64,000 bases of DNA, from assembly GCA_039906565.1 (NCBI GenBank), contig CM078459.1:18787066-18851065 (forward strand), written 5' to 3'. The notes beneath the pieces were generated by a model. That model was not told the origin of the DNA, did no database searches, and saw only the letters and a list, made by a program, of their open reading frames with translations. This DNA comes from Aegotheles albertisi. Lineage: Eukaryota. A program made the position numbers and the translations under genes. Positions 12,522-25,928 of the stretch are shown here, one piece after another; positions within the stretch are counted from its first letter, which is position 1, and each line of letters starts with the position of its first letter.

Positions 12522-13975
12522 GTAGGTATATTTGACACAGTTTATTCGTCTATCAGTTACTTTGGGAAAGAATGTTTTAGAAGATGAGTATTTAGAATCA
12601 GCTTTGAAGAAGTCAGCAACCATGGCAACTGGCAAGAAAGTTGATTAAAAAAAATCAGAATTTTGGAAAAGAAATATTAGTTCAATTCTGTGGAGTGTTT
12701 CTGTTGATGTTTTTTTCTTTCAATGAAACTTCAAATAACCCTTCAAGATGGAAATGTGGATGAAAATATATATTAAAAAGAACAAAAAAACTACTCCAAT
12801 GGCTGTCTTTATTTGACTCTACTAGAAAAAAAATGACAGTAATCTGGAAGTTTTAGTTAATTTCAACAGACCGCAGTGGATTTTCAGTGCCTTTGTGAAG
12901 TGTTATGTTTTGAAGACAAAATTACGAGAAAATAAAATAGCTAGCGAGCAGGTTAACATGGGCTATAAATATTTAATGCATTTTTCTTTAAAATAGAAGA
13001 ACTTCAAGCATTCCAATACATAATATGGTTCATATGTAAACAATTCTGTGTGGAAGGAGAAAAGACAAGTGTTCATTTTAATGCTGTAAGACAAGCCAAA
13101 TAACATGAAAAAGAGATGAGAAAGATAATTCTATTTAATGTGTACAGTCAGCAAAAAATCATCATCCTTTGATGATAATCAAAGTTAGTAGTGTTTTAAT
13201 TCTGCATTTTTTCTTCCTAGTAACTGCATTTTTTATTTCTATTTACTTTTACATCTCTTGGATTTTGCTTGGATGCTACTCTTTCCTTTGAGTATTTTTA
13301 AAAGTAATTACTTTTGACATAACATATTTTATTTATGAACATTATTTCCTGAATCAGTACAATTTTCAGAACTGTGTGTAAGAATCAGGACCGCCACACT
13401 CGTATGTTTGCTGTGTCGTTGAGTCTATTGGACAGGTGTGTTTTTGCACAGCGTGGCTGAAGCTGGGTAGATCCATTCAGCAGCAATCCTAAACAGTTTT
13501 AAGCTAAAAGTAAAATTGCATTCATACACTATATCTATACAACTTCCAAGAAAAAGGCAAACCAACTAAAAACTCCCCAAACCAACATGAGCCATGGAGG
13601 GATAGTTCTCAGGCTCTGTGATCAAGTGGCGCAGTGTAGCTCTCAGCTATGCGCCCTAATTCTTTTTCAACTTCCTATCACAGAAGGGTGGTGGGAATAA
13701 GCACCAGCATAGCCTGGGGAGGTACTTATTCCAGCAGTGAAGCAGCTGGGACAGTTGCCCTTCAGTACTTGACTCCATATCCTGCCAGTTATATGGCTGA
13801 ATAAAATGTGACCTTAGAAGCTATTAACTTACTTCAACATTTAAAATGTTTATGAGTATTAAGTAGTAGTATTGTTTAACTTTTGTAGTTATTTAGTAGT
13901 AGTATTGTTAACTATTGAGAAGTTAAATTAGAGATACTAAATACTATACCAAGTAAATAAATGTTTTGATTGCAG

Positions 13976-14099
13976 ATGTGGAAGACATGTCATCTTCTGA
14001 AAACAAAAGTGCCACAAAGATAAATGAAAAAAACTATTCCAACTTTACTGTTATTGAAGATAGTGAGAGCAGAATTGAGTCCAAAGTGGGGACCCACAG
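13976..14099 (+). CDS. PARP4: PARP4 exon (DVEDMSSSENKSATKINEKNYSNFTVIEDSESRIESKVGTH), phase 1 in / 2 out
   Basis: Acceptor ttgcag. Donor CAG|GTAAAG. Acidic linker region, less conserved. The phase bridges the flanking exons correctly. Confidence 0.75.
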
Positions 14100-15109
14100 G
14101 TAAAGTAAAATAAAAGATGTATTTTGATATATCTGTATTGATATTTCCATAATCAAAAAAAAAAACCAAAACAAAACAAAAAGCAAAATAAAAAAACCCC
14201 ACTTGTCACTGTTTGTGACTTCTGGAGATGGATGTCATCTTAACAATGTAGGGGAATATGAAATTATTCTTTCTTCATATTCTGTATTCTGTGTGTATGA
14301 ATTTATAATGGCTTCTTTTGTTTCTTTTTTCTTTTTAACCTTCAAATTTGAGTGTGGAAACTGATTTTACTTTGTCTTGTCTTAGTGTACACCTACAGTC
14401 CAACTCCCTAATACATGCAAAGCTTCTACCAACTCAGGAAGCATTCGTATGGCTCAAGCTTTGAAGCTCTGTTTCTCATCACAATTTTTTTCTTTTCTTG
14501 GTTCACACGGGTATTTGCAATCCAGTCTGATTCATTGTTTTAGAAGTGCTGAGCACCTCTTTCTCTCATGAACATCTTAGGGAGAGCTGAAAAATCAAGG
14601 TAACCGAGACTGCTCTTAGCCAATAGGGAAACAGTATTGTTATAACTGTTTCTAATTATTGAGTTAAAGGAACAAAACCAGCTCCAACACTCTTAAATCT
14701 ATTAACAAGATGCAGCTTTCACGTTTAGAGAGTGCTGTTCGGTCAGTGGGTAGGTATTTAGTTACTCTGTGGGAATGTAGTAGAAGTTAGACTTTGCCTA
14801 AAAGTCCTTGTGCTGAAGGATATGACTACACATATATATCCTAAGGTGAAAGTCAGGAATAAGGGAAGAATTAGCTTCAAACAGCACAGGTAGCTATTAA
14901 AAAATTAACATGTAACCAGGCAATGAAAATACATTTATTGTGTTGCTTCTGTAGTTTTTCTAAAGAATGAAGATTGAAATCTAGTCTTCATCTTCAGGTT
15001 TGCACTAGACATTCTGGCCTGTTAGTGCAGCAACTTGTCTGAGTGGGATTTAATTTCTCAAGTTTTTTACTGGGCATATATGATTTTAATTACTCTGATT
15101 CCATTTCAG

Positions 15110-15188
15110 ATTTTACAGTGAAAATGATCAAGACACTCCTTTTTTCCCTGAAGATTTTGAAGTTGCAAAATACAGTGTCCTTGAAAAA
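15110..15188 (+). CDS. PARP4: PARP4 exon (R)FYSENDQDTPFFPEDFEVAKYSVLEK
   Basis: Matches human PQDFEVAKYNTLEKV. Acceptor tccatttcag. Donor GTAAGC. Confidence 0.85.
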
Positions 15189-15733
15189 GTAAGCCTTTCT
15201 GTTATTGTGAAAGAATGTAGGAGAATCAGTAGATGAATAAAAGGTTTGCAGTTTTATACACATCAACAATAAATCTTCTATGTTATCATGTCCTGCAGTG
15301 CAAACAGGATTGGAAAGTACTTTAATGCTTTCTGTCTTTCAGAGCAGCCTAATTCTACCCAAATAAAACTTTTCTATTATCGCTGTAGTGTTCTCATCAA
15401 AGTAATTGAGCAGAATAATATGTTTGCTTCTGACAAGATACATTTTATCATGGCTGTTATGTGTTAAATCTAATTTAAATTTTAAAATTTTATTAAAAAT
15501 CTTTCAAAACACAAAAATGATGAAAATCTACCACAACTAGAGAGGAGCTTCTGCTTGTTACTATGATACAAATAATGAATAATTCTGCTTCTAAGGCCAG
15601 ACATAGTGTGTGGTTCCAAATGAGGTGAAAAATAAGTAGGACAAGGGAAAGTACTTGGGGCAATATCGTGTGGATGAAACATACTTAAGCCCCCTGACAC
15701 CCAATTTATTGCTTTATTTATCTCTCCATGTAG

Positions 15734-15847
15734 GTTAACTCCAATAAAAGCAAAGATTTTGTAGTTGTTGAATTACAGTGTTCCCAAGAGCCTTATGAGT
15801 TTCCGTTTCGACTATATGCACACTTCGGTGCATCAAATGGAACGAAG
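15734..15847 (+). CDS. PARP4: PARP4 exon VNSNKSKDFVVVELQCSQEPYEFPFRLYAHFGASNGTK
   Basis: Matches human VGMEGGQEAVVVELQCSRDSRDCPFLISSHF. Acceptor ctccatgtag. Donor GTATGA. Confidence 0.85.
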
Positions 15848-16561
15848 GTATGAGCCACTCACTGACATTACCTGTTTTTTCTTTATACACATTGAACATA
15901 CCTGTTCAGAGAGCTTCAGATGCTTTTCATTCTTACTTGCAGGCTAATCCTTAAATATAGTTAATAGGAAGTTATTCTTTTAAGCTTTGATTTATAGTTG
16001 GCTGTTCTACTCTCTGTGTGTGCTTACAACTTGCTCAGAAGAACTGTTTTGGGACTTGGCAGCAATACATCATAGTCCTGGCTGCACCTGCCTCATAATC
16101 ACATATATTGTCCTGGCAATATCTAGGCTGTTTACGTGCTGAAATACTATAGCAGGTGATATTCTGGACATACTATTGAGAGACTTTAGGGCAGCTTAAA
16201 TGTGTTTCTCAGCATCCAAGTTACGTGTGCACTCTGGTCTAGCACTTGGAGTCTGTGTAATTGTAACAAGTCAAAGGAGCTGTATCAGGGATGAATTTTG
16301 AATAGCTCAATTGATAGAATCAGTTATTCCAGCACACGTTTCAATGAACCTGTCTTGTCACTGTGGGGTTTGTTTATGGAGCCTTGTGCTTGTTCTTTGT
16401 GTCCCATGAACCCTCATGAAAGCACTGCCTTGCTGGAAGCCTGTTAAATCACAACCCAGAAGTTAAGTGTGGATTGTCAGCTTTAGAGCAGTGTCTAGTA
16501 AAAGTGATTCTTTAAGCCTCTATATAGTTTCTTTGACTAATTTTACTCTTTCAATTTACAG

Positions 16562-16708
16562 AATAACAAACAATTCATAACTAAGACTGCTGACGAAATA
16601 AGAGAAAAGTATGAGACTTTTATTGCAGACCTCAAGAGCCAGGATTTCCTGCTCAGAGAAACTTTTCCACCAGAAGCAGAATCTTTAGCTTCTACACAGT
16701 TGCAAAAG
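16562..16708 (+). CDS. PARP4: PARP4 exon NNKQFITKTADEIREKYETFIADLKSQDFLLRETFPPEAESLASTQLQK. The 3' end requires a GC donor (AAG|GCTTGT).
   Basis: Matches human QFAIKKTSEDASEYFENYIEELKKQGFLLREHFTPEATQLASEQLQA. The next exon starts in phase 0 with LLLEE. No in-phase GT donor exists before the in-frame stop, so a GC-AG intron is inferred. Confidence 0.65.
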
Positions 16709-18055
16709 GCTTGTACAACTTGCATGTTTACACTTTTCTTTCCTTAATGATTTGCTTTAATTTCCAATTTGCTGAATGTGGTAAGCATTGTCTAGATTAC
16801 CATGTGACAGCCATAGGTTAAGGAAAACTGTTACATGTAAATGTTTTTAAAATAATTTTTTTTTTTAATATTGGGTGAAAGTCCCAAGTACTTAAACACA
16901 TTAAAAGCAAATGTAGTCATATTCACTATAGGATGTTTTTTTTCTCCAGAGATGCATTATCAGCTAATGTGATACATAAAAAGTGATGTGCTAATCTAGC
17001 AAACAGAATTATTGTGTGATGTATGGCTTTGATTGTCAGAATTATTCTGCACACTACACAGATATCACAGGCTTGAAAGAGATCATATTGGAATTAGTAA
17101 CACGACTCCCCGCAATGGCAACAGCAGTTGGATTCTGCTCCCTAAAGATACTTTTCAATGTTTTACGGCTATTTAAAATGGCTGTAGTGTGACAGATTTT
17201 TTTTTTTCACATTTACTTTCTCCCTGTACTCACTTATCTATTTCTCTCTTCTACCATGCTTAGCTTCTATTATAGGGCACAACTGGCACATAGATTATAT
17301 CCAGCAATGTTGAAAGGCCCACGTATGTCCACTAGTGTTCTCAGAAACTGTGTGGTTAATGCCATATAAACAAGTAATGTAGAATGTTCAAACTTGTGTG
17401 AGAATTTTTTAATGGCATCAAGTTTAATGGCAGCTTCTGGAGTTGTAGAACAGTGAGAAAAAGTTCAAGTTCCTCAGAAGAACGTGAGAAAATCTGTTTT
17501 AAATCTGTTTTCATAACTCTCTTCAGTGTATGAATTGCACTGATTTTCATGGCCTTTCTATTCACCTGTAGCTTTGCTGCTCCAGTTTTTTATTTTCACA
17601 GGAATAATGTCTGTCCCACTAGAGCTTTCTGAACTAGAGATCTAGTGTCATCTGTCAGAGATCTTATAAAACACTGGCCATTTTGAACCATCTGTTCTTT
17701 TATCAGCTGTGCAAAAAAAAGGAAGTGGCTGGGGTCTGCAGACTATTATGTCCATGTACCTGATAGTACAATGTACTCAGGATATCAAGCAAATAAACTT
17801 CTGTCTTCTCCAAGACTTTGTCTCAGTTTTCAAGACAGGTCATGGCCACCTGCCTGCTGTGCTGTCCACCTGAAAGAATTTATAAAAGCAAACTTTCCCT
17901 TCAGTTTGATGGGACTGAAGTGATTATAATAAGCATGAATGAACATTGCACACTATTGTTTATGAGAATAGGAAGGTTTAATTATCAATGTGAGAACTTC
18001 ACTGCCATGACTTGCATCTTTGTCTTTTCACTGAATTGTGTTTGTTTTACTACAG

Positions 18056-18193
18056 TTACTTCTAGAAGAAGCCATCCATTCAAATGCTATATGTCAGGAA
18101 GTTAGTGATTTTGTGGAACTGATCTGGGCAGAAGCTATTGGCCACCTGGATAGTTTACTACTTGAATCAGTAAACAACATAAGCCTAAATGAT
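18056..18193 (+). CDS. PARP4: PARP4 exon LLLEEAIHSNAICQEVSDFVELIWAEAIGHLDSLLLESVNNISLND
   Basis: Matches human LLLEEVMNSSTLSQEVSDLVEMIWAEALGHLEHMLLKPVNRISLND. Donor GTAAGT at 18194. Confidence 0.9.
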
Positions 18194-18204
18194 GTAAGTT
18201 AGTT

Positions 18205-18314
18205 CTTGTTACTCTGAGAGGATGAATATGTAAATAATGTTACTCTGAGAGGATGAATATGAATAACTCTTGTTACTCTGAGAGGATGAATATGTAAATA
18301 ATATGTAAATAATC
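18205..18314. repeat. Minisatellite: about 3 tandem copies of a 31-38 bp unit (GTTACTCTGAGAGGATGAATATGTAAATAAT)
   Basis: cttgttactctgagaggatgaatatgtaaataat / gttactctgagaggatgaatatgaataactctt / gttactctgagaggatgaatatgtaaataatatgtaaataatc. Begins 12 bp after the donor of the PARP4 exon ending at 18193. Confidence 0.9.
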
Positions 18315-19251
18315 ATTGGTAGCTTTTGCAAAAACTGAACCATAGACCTAAAAAATTCTGTACCTCAATGCATCGATATGTAAGAATATGATAAAACTGT
18401 TTTCACTAACTCTTCCCACTTCTAATTAATTTGCAAGAGAAATAGCACTCGTATTAAGAGAAAAAAAAAATCTCTGGATCTTTGAAGGACAATAATTAAG
18501 AAGTGGGTTACTGTTCAGTTAGATTAACAGTCCAATTTTTTTCCAAAGGCATTTGTGAGACAGAGACCAGTCTTGGATCAATATTGAACTGCAGTAAGAC
18601 ATTGCTATGCAGCCTCTAATGTCATCGTTTTACTAGCTGTTCCCTGTGGTTCATGTAAATTAAAAAGCATTTTGCCTTTTTCCTCCTGCCTCGAGGAGAC
18701 AAAATAATATAGAGTATTCTGTGAAAGAGGAATATACAGATACAAGCAAATCTATATTCTGTATGTCTGGACAAACTGTCTAAATCATTACTTTTGCTTC
18801 ATCTGTAGATTTCACTTTGTAAGTAGGACTTCTACTCTGCTTTATGTATTTTAAGATGAGCTAGTGCACTTAGATATTTAGTAAGAAATTTATTATTCTC
18901 TACTTTCTGTTTCATCAATGCATTAAAGCTGACAATATAAATCAACATTGTAAGGAACATTATCTTTCAGTGTGATTCATAATCCATTTTATTTCAGGGA
19001 GGTTATTTTACTGTCTCTTAGCTCTGCTTGAGGTACTTTGCAAGTGCCAGTATAAGAGCAGAATAATATCCAACTTTTAAGTACTGTTTTCGTATCCTAG
19101 CTGCAAGAAAGTATTTTGTGAATGTTGCATTAACAAGAGTTAAAGTTCTGTTTCAGTGTGGAATTAAATGGTCCATTTTCCATATTTATCATTTTGTGCT
19201 CTTTCTGCAGTTTTGCAATAGCTTTCAGTTTAATATTCTCTTCTTTTAAAG

Positions 19252-19425
19252 GTGAGCAAAGCAGAAGGTATTTTACTCCAAGTAAAGAATGCACTGGATG
19301 AGGGAGCTGAGGAGGTGGCACTACAAGAGATGATGATGGAATTCTATCAAGTTATACGTCACAAAACTGAAATAGACTATAAAGTTTCCAAAAGGCTGTT
19401 ATCTAGAAAACAGGACCTGTGTCAG
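19252..19425 (+). CDS. PARP4: PARP4 exon VSKAEGILLQVKNALDEGAEEVALQEMMMEFYQVIRHKTEIDYKVSKRLLSRKQDLCQ
   Basis: Matches human VSKAEGILLLVKAALKNGETAEQLQKMMTEFYRLIPHK...LLAKKADLCQ. Donor GTAACT. Confidence 0.9.
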
Positions 19426-21466
19426 GTAACTTTTCCAGATTGCTAGAAAGCCCTGATCTGCACTGTGCTAAACCAGTTTTGAACATGCTCACTAGATAAA
19501 TTGACAGAATAGTTTGCACAGCTAGTCACAGGCTGTCAGTTTTAAAAAATAATATGTTGGAATCTTATGAATAGAGTAATGCTCTTGGGGGGAGTGCAGT
19601 GTTTTGAACAGGAAGAGCAGTTGCTGTCAAGGTGCTGACAAGGGTTTCCATTGCATCTTCAGCTGGATCAAATGAGAATCACAGAACTGTTGTTATCATC
19701 CAGCTGACCCTAGCCACTACTCCAACATATATGTAATCAGTTTCTATTGATTATCTTAAACTGTATACAGAATATATCTAAGCTATCATAACTATATACA
19801 AAGACTTTTCCATGTACCCTTTCCTTTCCTGCATATGCAGGAACAGTTTCTAGGGATTATTTAAAATTACCAATCTATGTACAGCTTGGTCTGTTCCTAC
19901 TTCTGTGGCACAAACTGCTTGGGAGAGTTCCCTGGACCACCTGGATTGTTAGTGCAAGAAGTTAGTCAGCACATCTAAACAGGTAACATCGATCAGTTGG
20001 TCTAAGCACAGTGGGCCTGCCTAGGGGAATCTCCAAGGATCTCCCACATAGCTCCCTCTTAGCTCCTGTGTTAATTAGTCAGTTCCTTCATTTTAATCTG
20101 GCTAGGAGTTCAGTGAATTGGGACTTCAGTTACTCTGCTGCAAGTCAGTCCATTGTCTCGTCATTGCAGAAACTAGCTGGGAAATGCTCAGCCTGCTGGA
20201 GTGATTGCTGGTGTGGTATGCTGAGTGCGCACACAGAGGCAGCCCTTGTGCCCAGCAGCAAGGGCTGGCTGCTCTGTAAGGGCAAGCAGACGGGGCTGGG
20301 GGTGAAAGTGGGCAAGGCCAGGGCAGTTAAATCACTGGCAATGCTTCTAGTCCCATGGTACCCAAACAGGAAGACCAGAGCAGGTGACAGTGACTGCTGG
20401 TGACAGCAGACAGGGTCAGTTCAGATTGCCTCCTCATTATGGCTTGTACGGCAGGTTCAAGGTCAAACTGGGAAACTGAGTCCACGAGTCTGGGTCAGAA
20501 CCAGGGAGGTGGGAGGCTGGATGATGGCATATTGGCAACATGGCTCAGCCGAGACCAGCAGCAAGAACCTAAGCTCAAAGGCATCTCTTGAGCAAAGGAG
20601 GGGCATGAATCTGCTGAGTCTTCTCACAGCTCTCTTCCACAGCTGCACTGTCAAAGCTGGCCCTGAGCACAAGCAGCCAGCCCTCTGGGGAGGAGAGAAG
20701 CAGTCAGGGCTCTGAGAGCTACACCACTCTTCTAACTATAGAGCAAACTCAAATGTCCTCCTTGTATTGCGGTTATAATGTAAATTCCCTAGCTTCTGTC
20801 AGAGATACCTCTTTCCATTGCCAAAGAATATCCAGAAGTCAGTCTTCTGTAAGCTACAAAATATAAAGGGAAAGAGAGGTAAGGAGGCACCTTACTGTTC
20901 TGAAAGAACAAATGGTAGTAGTGCCTTTAAACTTGAAAATCTTTTGATAATTAAAAACTTGATATTTCTGATATTAAAAAAAATCCTATGTCTCATAAAG
21001 CTTACCCGTGGCTTAGTGAACTGTACAATCTTTTCATCCTTCTTTCTGCCACTCTAAGAAAATTACGTTGTTGTGTTGTGCTACTGTCCTGGCTGGATTG
21101 TGACATCAGGGACAATGCAACAGATTCTAACAAGTAAGGATTGTCTCATAAGCAAAATCAAAATGGTAACCAAGCATGAATACTGATTTGTGGAGCTGTT
21201 ACAACCAGGCTCCATCCAAAGCTTGATTTGGAGTTGCAGAGAAACAGTTTACCACTATTTCTCATAAGCCTTTTTCTTCTGAATTATTTTAAGGGCATTC
21301 TAAAGCTGTTTGCTCTTGTTCCAAACTGTATCTAACAAGTGGAAATGTTCTTTTGAATATTCCATTTCATTGTTACTACACTGTAACTATATAATTCAGT
21401 TTGGTTTGCATGTTTCCTTAATTAAAATGTATCAATTATTCATAAATTTCTGTCTGTGTTTTTTAG

Positions 21467-21627
21467 TTAATCAGAGACATGCTTAATATATGTGAAACAA
21501 ATATGTCGTGTCCAAACCCATCATCGTTGGCCAAATATCGGGCTCTGAGGTGCAAGATTGAAGCTGTTGACTCAACGAGTTCTGAATTTCTCAATGTTGA
21601 ACAACAAGTGTTAAAAAACAATTACAA
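21467..21627 (+). CDS. PARP4: PARP4 exon LIRDMLNICETNMSCPNPSSLAKYRALRCKIEAVDSTSSEFLNVEQQVLKNNY(N)
   Basis: Matches human LIRDMVNVCETNLSKPNPPSLAKYRALRCKIEHVEQNTEEFLRVRKEVLQNHHSK. Donor GTGAGT. Phase 2 out. Confidence 0.9.
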
Positions 21628-24217
21628 GTGAGTGTTTAACAGTTACACAATTATTCCAGTAACATTCAAGATATAGTGCACAAAATAACTCTAAAGAGGT
21701 CTGAATTATCAGGTTTTGTTACTGTGCAGTGTTGATTGTGCTAACGGGATTGCAGAGCTGGCGTATTTACCATAACCTACACTAGAATGAAATGGAGGTA
21801 AATTTAAAAACAAACAAACAAACTGAAAATTATAATATTGTTCAATTGTAGTGGGTTTTTTTTCTGGGTTGGTTTTGGTTTTTTCTTAAATGTGAAAAGC
21901 TGTGAATTTATAGGAGCTATTAAAATAAGATATATGTGGTCTAGGCTTGTTTACTCTGCTTCTCAGAATTTATTTCAAGACATTTTACAAAATAAACAGA
22001 AGTAAAATTTTGGGTTCTGCTGAGTAAAACATAAAATTTTTTTCTGTGAAAATAAACTTGATGGGGGTGGGAGGCAATACCCAGTCACCTTTTGATTATG
22101 TACAGAACATGCCATCCCTTTCTAGTTAGCTTTCAGTTGTGTGAAAAAGATGTATTTCTGTACTCTGCAGATTTACATATAATTCTATTTAATATTCTTG
22201 ACATTGGCTTCTAACTGGACACAGTGTCTCTTTTGATTAATAAAATTTGATAATGAGTATATATAGAGAAATTAAAGAGAAGGTGGTTCTAGAAATGGAA
22301 TAATCAATGGTTAGATCATTAATACAGGGAAGAATGAAGTTTGCTTCAATTACACATATATAGTCACTCCAAATTTGTTTTTACTGAATAAATCTGATGT
22401 TAGGCAGCTAAGGTCTAAACCAGGAACTACTGGTTGCTAAGTGGTTGTACCCAAATATATATTGCTCAAGTATGGAAGAAGTACTGTGCTTGGAACACGC
22501 AAACTTCTCTTTGTATTCAGCAAAGTTCAGTAGTTGATTTTCACTTGACATTTTGTCTTTTTAAATTGCTTAAAATTAATATAACAGTAGTTTATGTGAC
22601 TCAGTTCTACCTGATAGTTCTTTGTGATAGAAGCAATTGAGTAAAATGAGTGAGCAATTGAGTAAATTGAGTGGGGAATTCGTTGTTACCTGAACCCGTG
22701 GGACTGTTCTTTGTAGATAGCAATTATCTATGCTAGGGCCTATATACAAATCAATAAACTAATTAATTATAAGCACAGGATTTTCCCCAAAATCCTTGAC
22801 TCTACTCTGGCACAATAGGTATGTCTAATGACACTGCAAGAACTGGAGCATATTTAGTCCTTTTGCAGTCTCTGCATTTGCAATCTTAGTTTTTAACCTA
22901 AACACAATTTTAAAAAACTTCAACTGCAGTAGAAGCATGCTGAAGGGTCAGGGTCCAAGTGAAGTTCTTAAAAAGAAAAACCAAAACAACAACAAAGAAA
23001 CAAAAACCAAACCAAACAAACCCCAAACCCCTTAATATAAAAAAGTTCATATAGCAGCTTCATAAATCAGGACATAATATAACCCTAATCCTCAACCAAA
23101 GAAACCACACAGTTTGAATAGAGCTCAAAATACAAAAGAGGCTATGTCCTACTTAGCAATATTTTACCATTTAGGAACTCAAAATTCGACTGAAGCTTAC
23201 TGAGTCTTGAAAGCATGAAGGAGTGATTTGTAAATGAGTCTTTATGCTTTTACTTTCCAGGTACTACCTACTTTCAGTATGTAAATGTAACATTGTGATC
23301 CTTAAGTCCTCTTCTCAGTTGCTTCGTAAACCCAGAGGTTCCTCGCTGGGTGACAGTTAGGAATCCTAGAATCCTAAAATTATCTTCTGGGTATTTCATA
23401 GGTTGTCACTATCTTTACACTGTTAGGAGCTCAGTCCTTAGTCCAGAGTCTGTCATCTAGGGAAGTATACTCCGAGCATGTGCTTAAGCAGAGGGAAGGT
23501 AGTGAACACACTCTTCTCCACTCAGGCCTTTACACTGCATAGAGCGTTCAGCTGGTAAGGATAAAGATAAAAAGAGGTAAAGAGAAAATCTGAATCTTTT
23601 GCTTTGTGCAGTCACAAGAAGGGAAGGACATAAATCCTGGTGACAGCTCTAGCCAGTAACTACTGTATGTAAAATGCGTGAATCTTGCTGGAGGTGTGAT
23701 TGCAACCCAAGTTGCAAGTTTTCTTCCTCTCGAGTGTATTTCTTAATTGGAAGTTATTACCTCCATATAGTCTGAACTGTGATGCTAAGATGTTTGTAGT
23801 TCAGCCAAGACAGTGAAGTCTCTGAGTGTTCTCACTAAAAGAAATTTTAGTACGAGAGAAATTTGCTGGCATTCTGAGCTGCATAGAGTTATAGGGGGTT
23901 TTGTATGTCAACATTTTTGCATTTAGATCCCAAAATGTCAAATAAGATAATTTCATATGACTTTAAGCATGAGAACACATTTTTTTTTCTCCCTAAGTGT
24001 CTAAATAGGTCTTGAACTTAGTTTTTAATATCTGATTGTTGTCTTATGCTATTTTTTTAATAATTTCCACCCAAATTGCTAACAACAAAAAAAAACCTCA
24101 CCCAACTTGAATGTTGCTTTGAGATTTAAAATAAGACTTTCTGTTTTAGCAGTGTATTGATCTTAAATGCATTTTCAAACTCATGAGATCTCAAAGACAG
24201 TTTCAAATTTCTTGCAG

Positions 24218-24355
24218 TGACTGTCCAGTGAGAATTTTACAAGTGTATAGAGTTGGCAGAATAAGTGAAACAGCAGAATTTCTGAGCAGTCTTGGAAACA
24301 TTGAGTCCTTATTCCATGCATCATCTGTGCGCAACTTCATGGGAATTCTTTCCAG
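24218..24355 (+). CDS. PARP4: PARP4 exon, start of PARP catalytic region (DCPVRILQVYRVGRISETAEFLSSLGNIESLFHASSVRNFMGILSR)
   Basis: Matches human SPVDVLQIFRVGRVNETTEFLSKLGNVRPLLHGSPVQNIVGILCR. Acceptor tcttgcag. Donor GTAAAA. Confidence 0.9.
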
Positions 24356-25613
24356 GTAAAAATTTACATTCCTTGTTTTGTGACATTGAATCAGGCTTAA
24401 CTTAAATATATTTTGACTTTTAAATTTATTTATTTTTGTGAAGCCTTTTTGCATTATGTTTAACCTGTTTTTTACTGTTAACATTTATATGAACATCCAT
24501 ATACTTATACAGACCTTTGGATGGAAAATCAGTCTTTTGTAATGGTAAATTTATTTACTGTCCAGGTGGATTAGACTTGAAATGCAACTATTTGGATATG
24601 ATGGTGAGGAGTGTGGTTTAAATCCAGATGAAAGACGAGAAAAATGGAGAGTGTAGGAAAGCAATGGTTGTGTGGAAAATTTATTCTGTTTTAGGAAAGA
24701 ATTGCATTGACAATGTCCTCCTTCCACTTCTGTATGTTATTACCCCATAACTGCTTTATTTGGCATATTTTTAGATTATTATAGTTTCCTGGAATAACAG
24801 AATATCTAGTTCTATGATAGAATACCATAGATTCACTCAGGCATGGTAACGATGGTAAAATAATATAACCTCTAGTAGCCTGACATATTTAAATTCTCAT
24901 CATAGCACATATGCAGTGAATACCACTGAAAACTTAAGGATATTTTAAAAAATGTATCTCGTACATAACACCATCAGAATTAAAATACCTCAAAAGTCAT
25001 ATTAGCATTCTGTTTTCCTTATACTACAGATTTTAATTGTGAGTTACAAAACTGTTGAACTTATTTAAATACTGTGTCTTTTTGCATTCTTTGTATATAA
25101 AATGTTTTCCATGGGCATCAATCGGTAGTAAATCAAATGTCTCATAAACAATCTAAGAACGGTATCTCCACACGTAATAGGTTTGCAAATCAAACATCAG
25201 AAGTTTCCAAGTATCCATTCCACAGCATTCTACCTTTAAAACTCATACTTTCTTAGATACAAAAATTGTATATAGTTTTTTTGAAACTGGATACAGCACA
25301 GTTGATAGAAATGTAGGACTGCTCATCTAATAAGAAAAAAATTATTTTGAATGTTTGGCAATGAAGCTGGAAAATGTGTTGTTTTTCTGCTAAATGAAGA
25401 AAAGCTAACAATGTCTTGGGGATTAATATGACTTTGGGATTTATTTTGTTAATGAATAGACTTTATTTTTCTTGAGTGTCTATGGATGGTTTCTGTATAG
25501 TGTGTTCTGTTTTAATTCTCTGTGGTTCATAATTGCACAATGTGTATTAGCCCACATACTGTATGCAAAAGTATTTTGTACTTCATTCACTCTGTGACCT
25601 TCTTTTTCTCTAG

Positions 25614-25712
25614 AGGTCTCCTCATGCCAAAAGTGGTTGTTGAAGATCATGGCCTAGAAAGAACTGACATTGGGAATCTGGGCAGTGGCATTTACTTCAG
25701 CGATTCTGTTAG
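25614..25712 (+). CDS. PARP4: PARP4 exon (R)GLLMPKVVVEDHGLERTDIGNLGSGIYFSDSV
   Basis: Matches human GLLLPKVVEDRGVQRTDVGNLGSGIYFSDSL (PARP catalytic core). Donor GTCTGA. Confidence 0.9.
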
Positions 25713-25928
25713 GTCTGAATAATGACAGTATCTGTTTACTTTATCCTTTCTGTATTCTTTTTACTTTTCAAATTAAGTAGATACAATGCAGAATACTGTC
25801 AAGGTAATTTAATTATAAATTTTATTCCTGTCCATCTGTTCAAAAGTACTTGTGTACCCTTGAACTGCTGCAATGTTTACATCAATATAAATGTTAACAA
25901 AATGTACATGATCTTTCTTTACATATAG

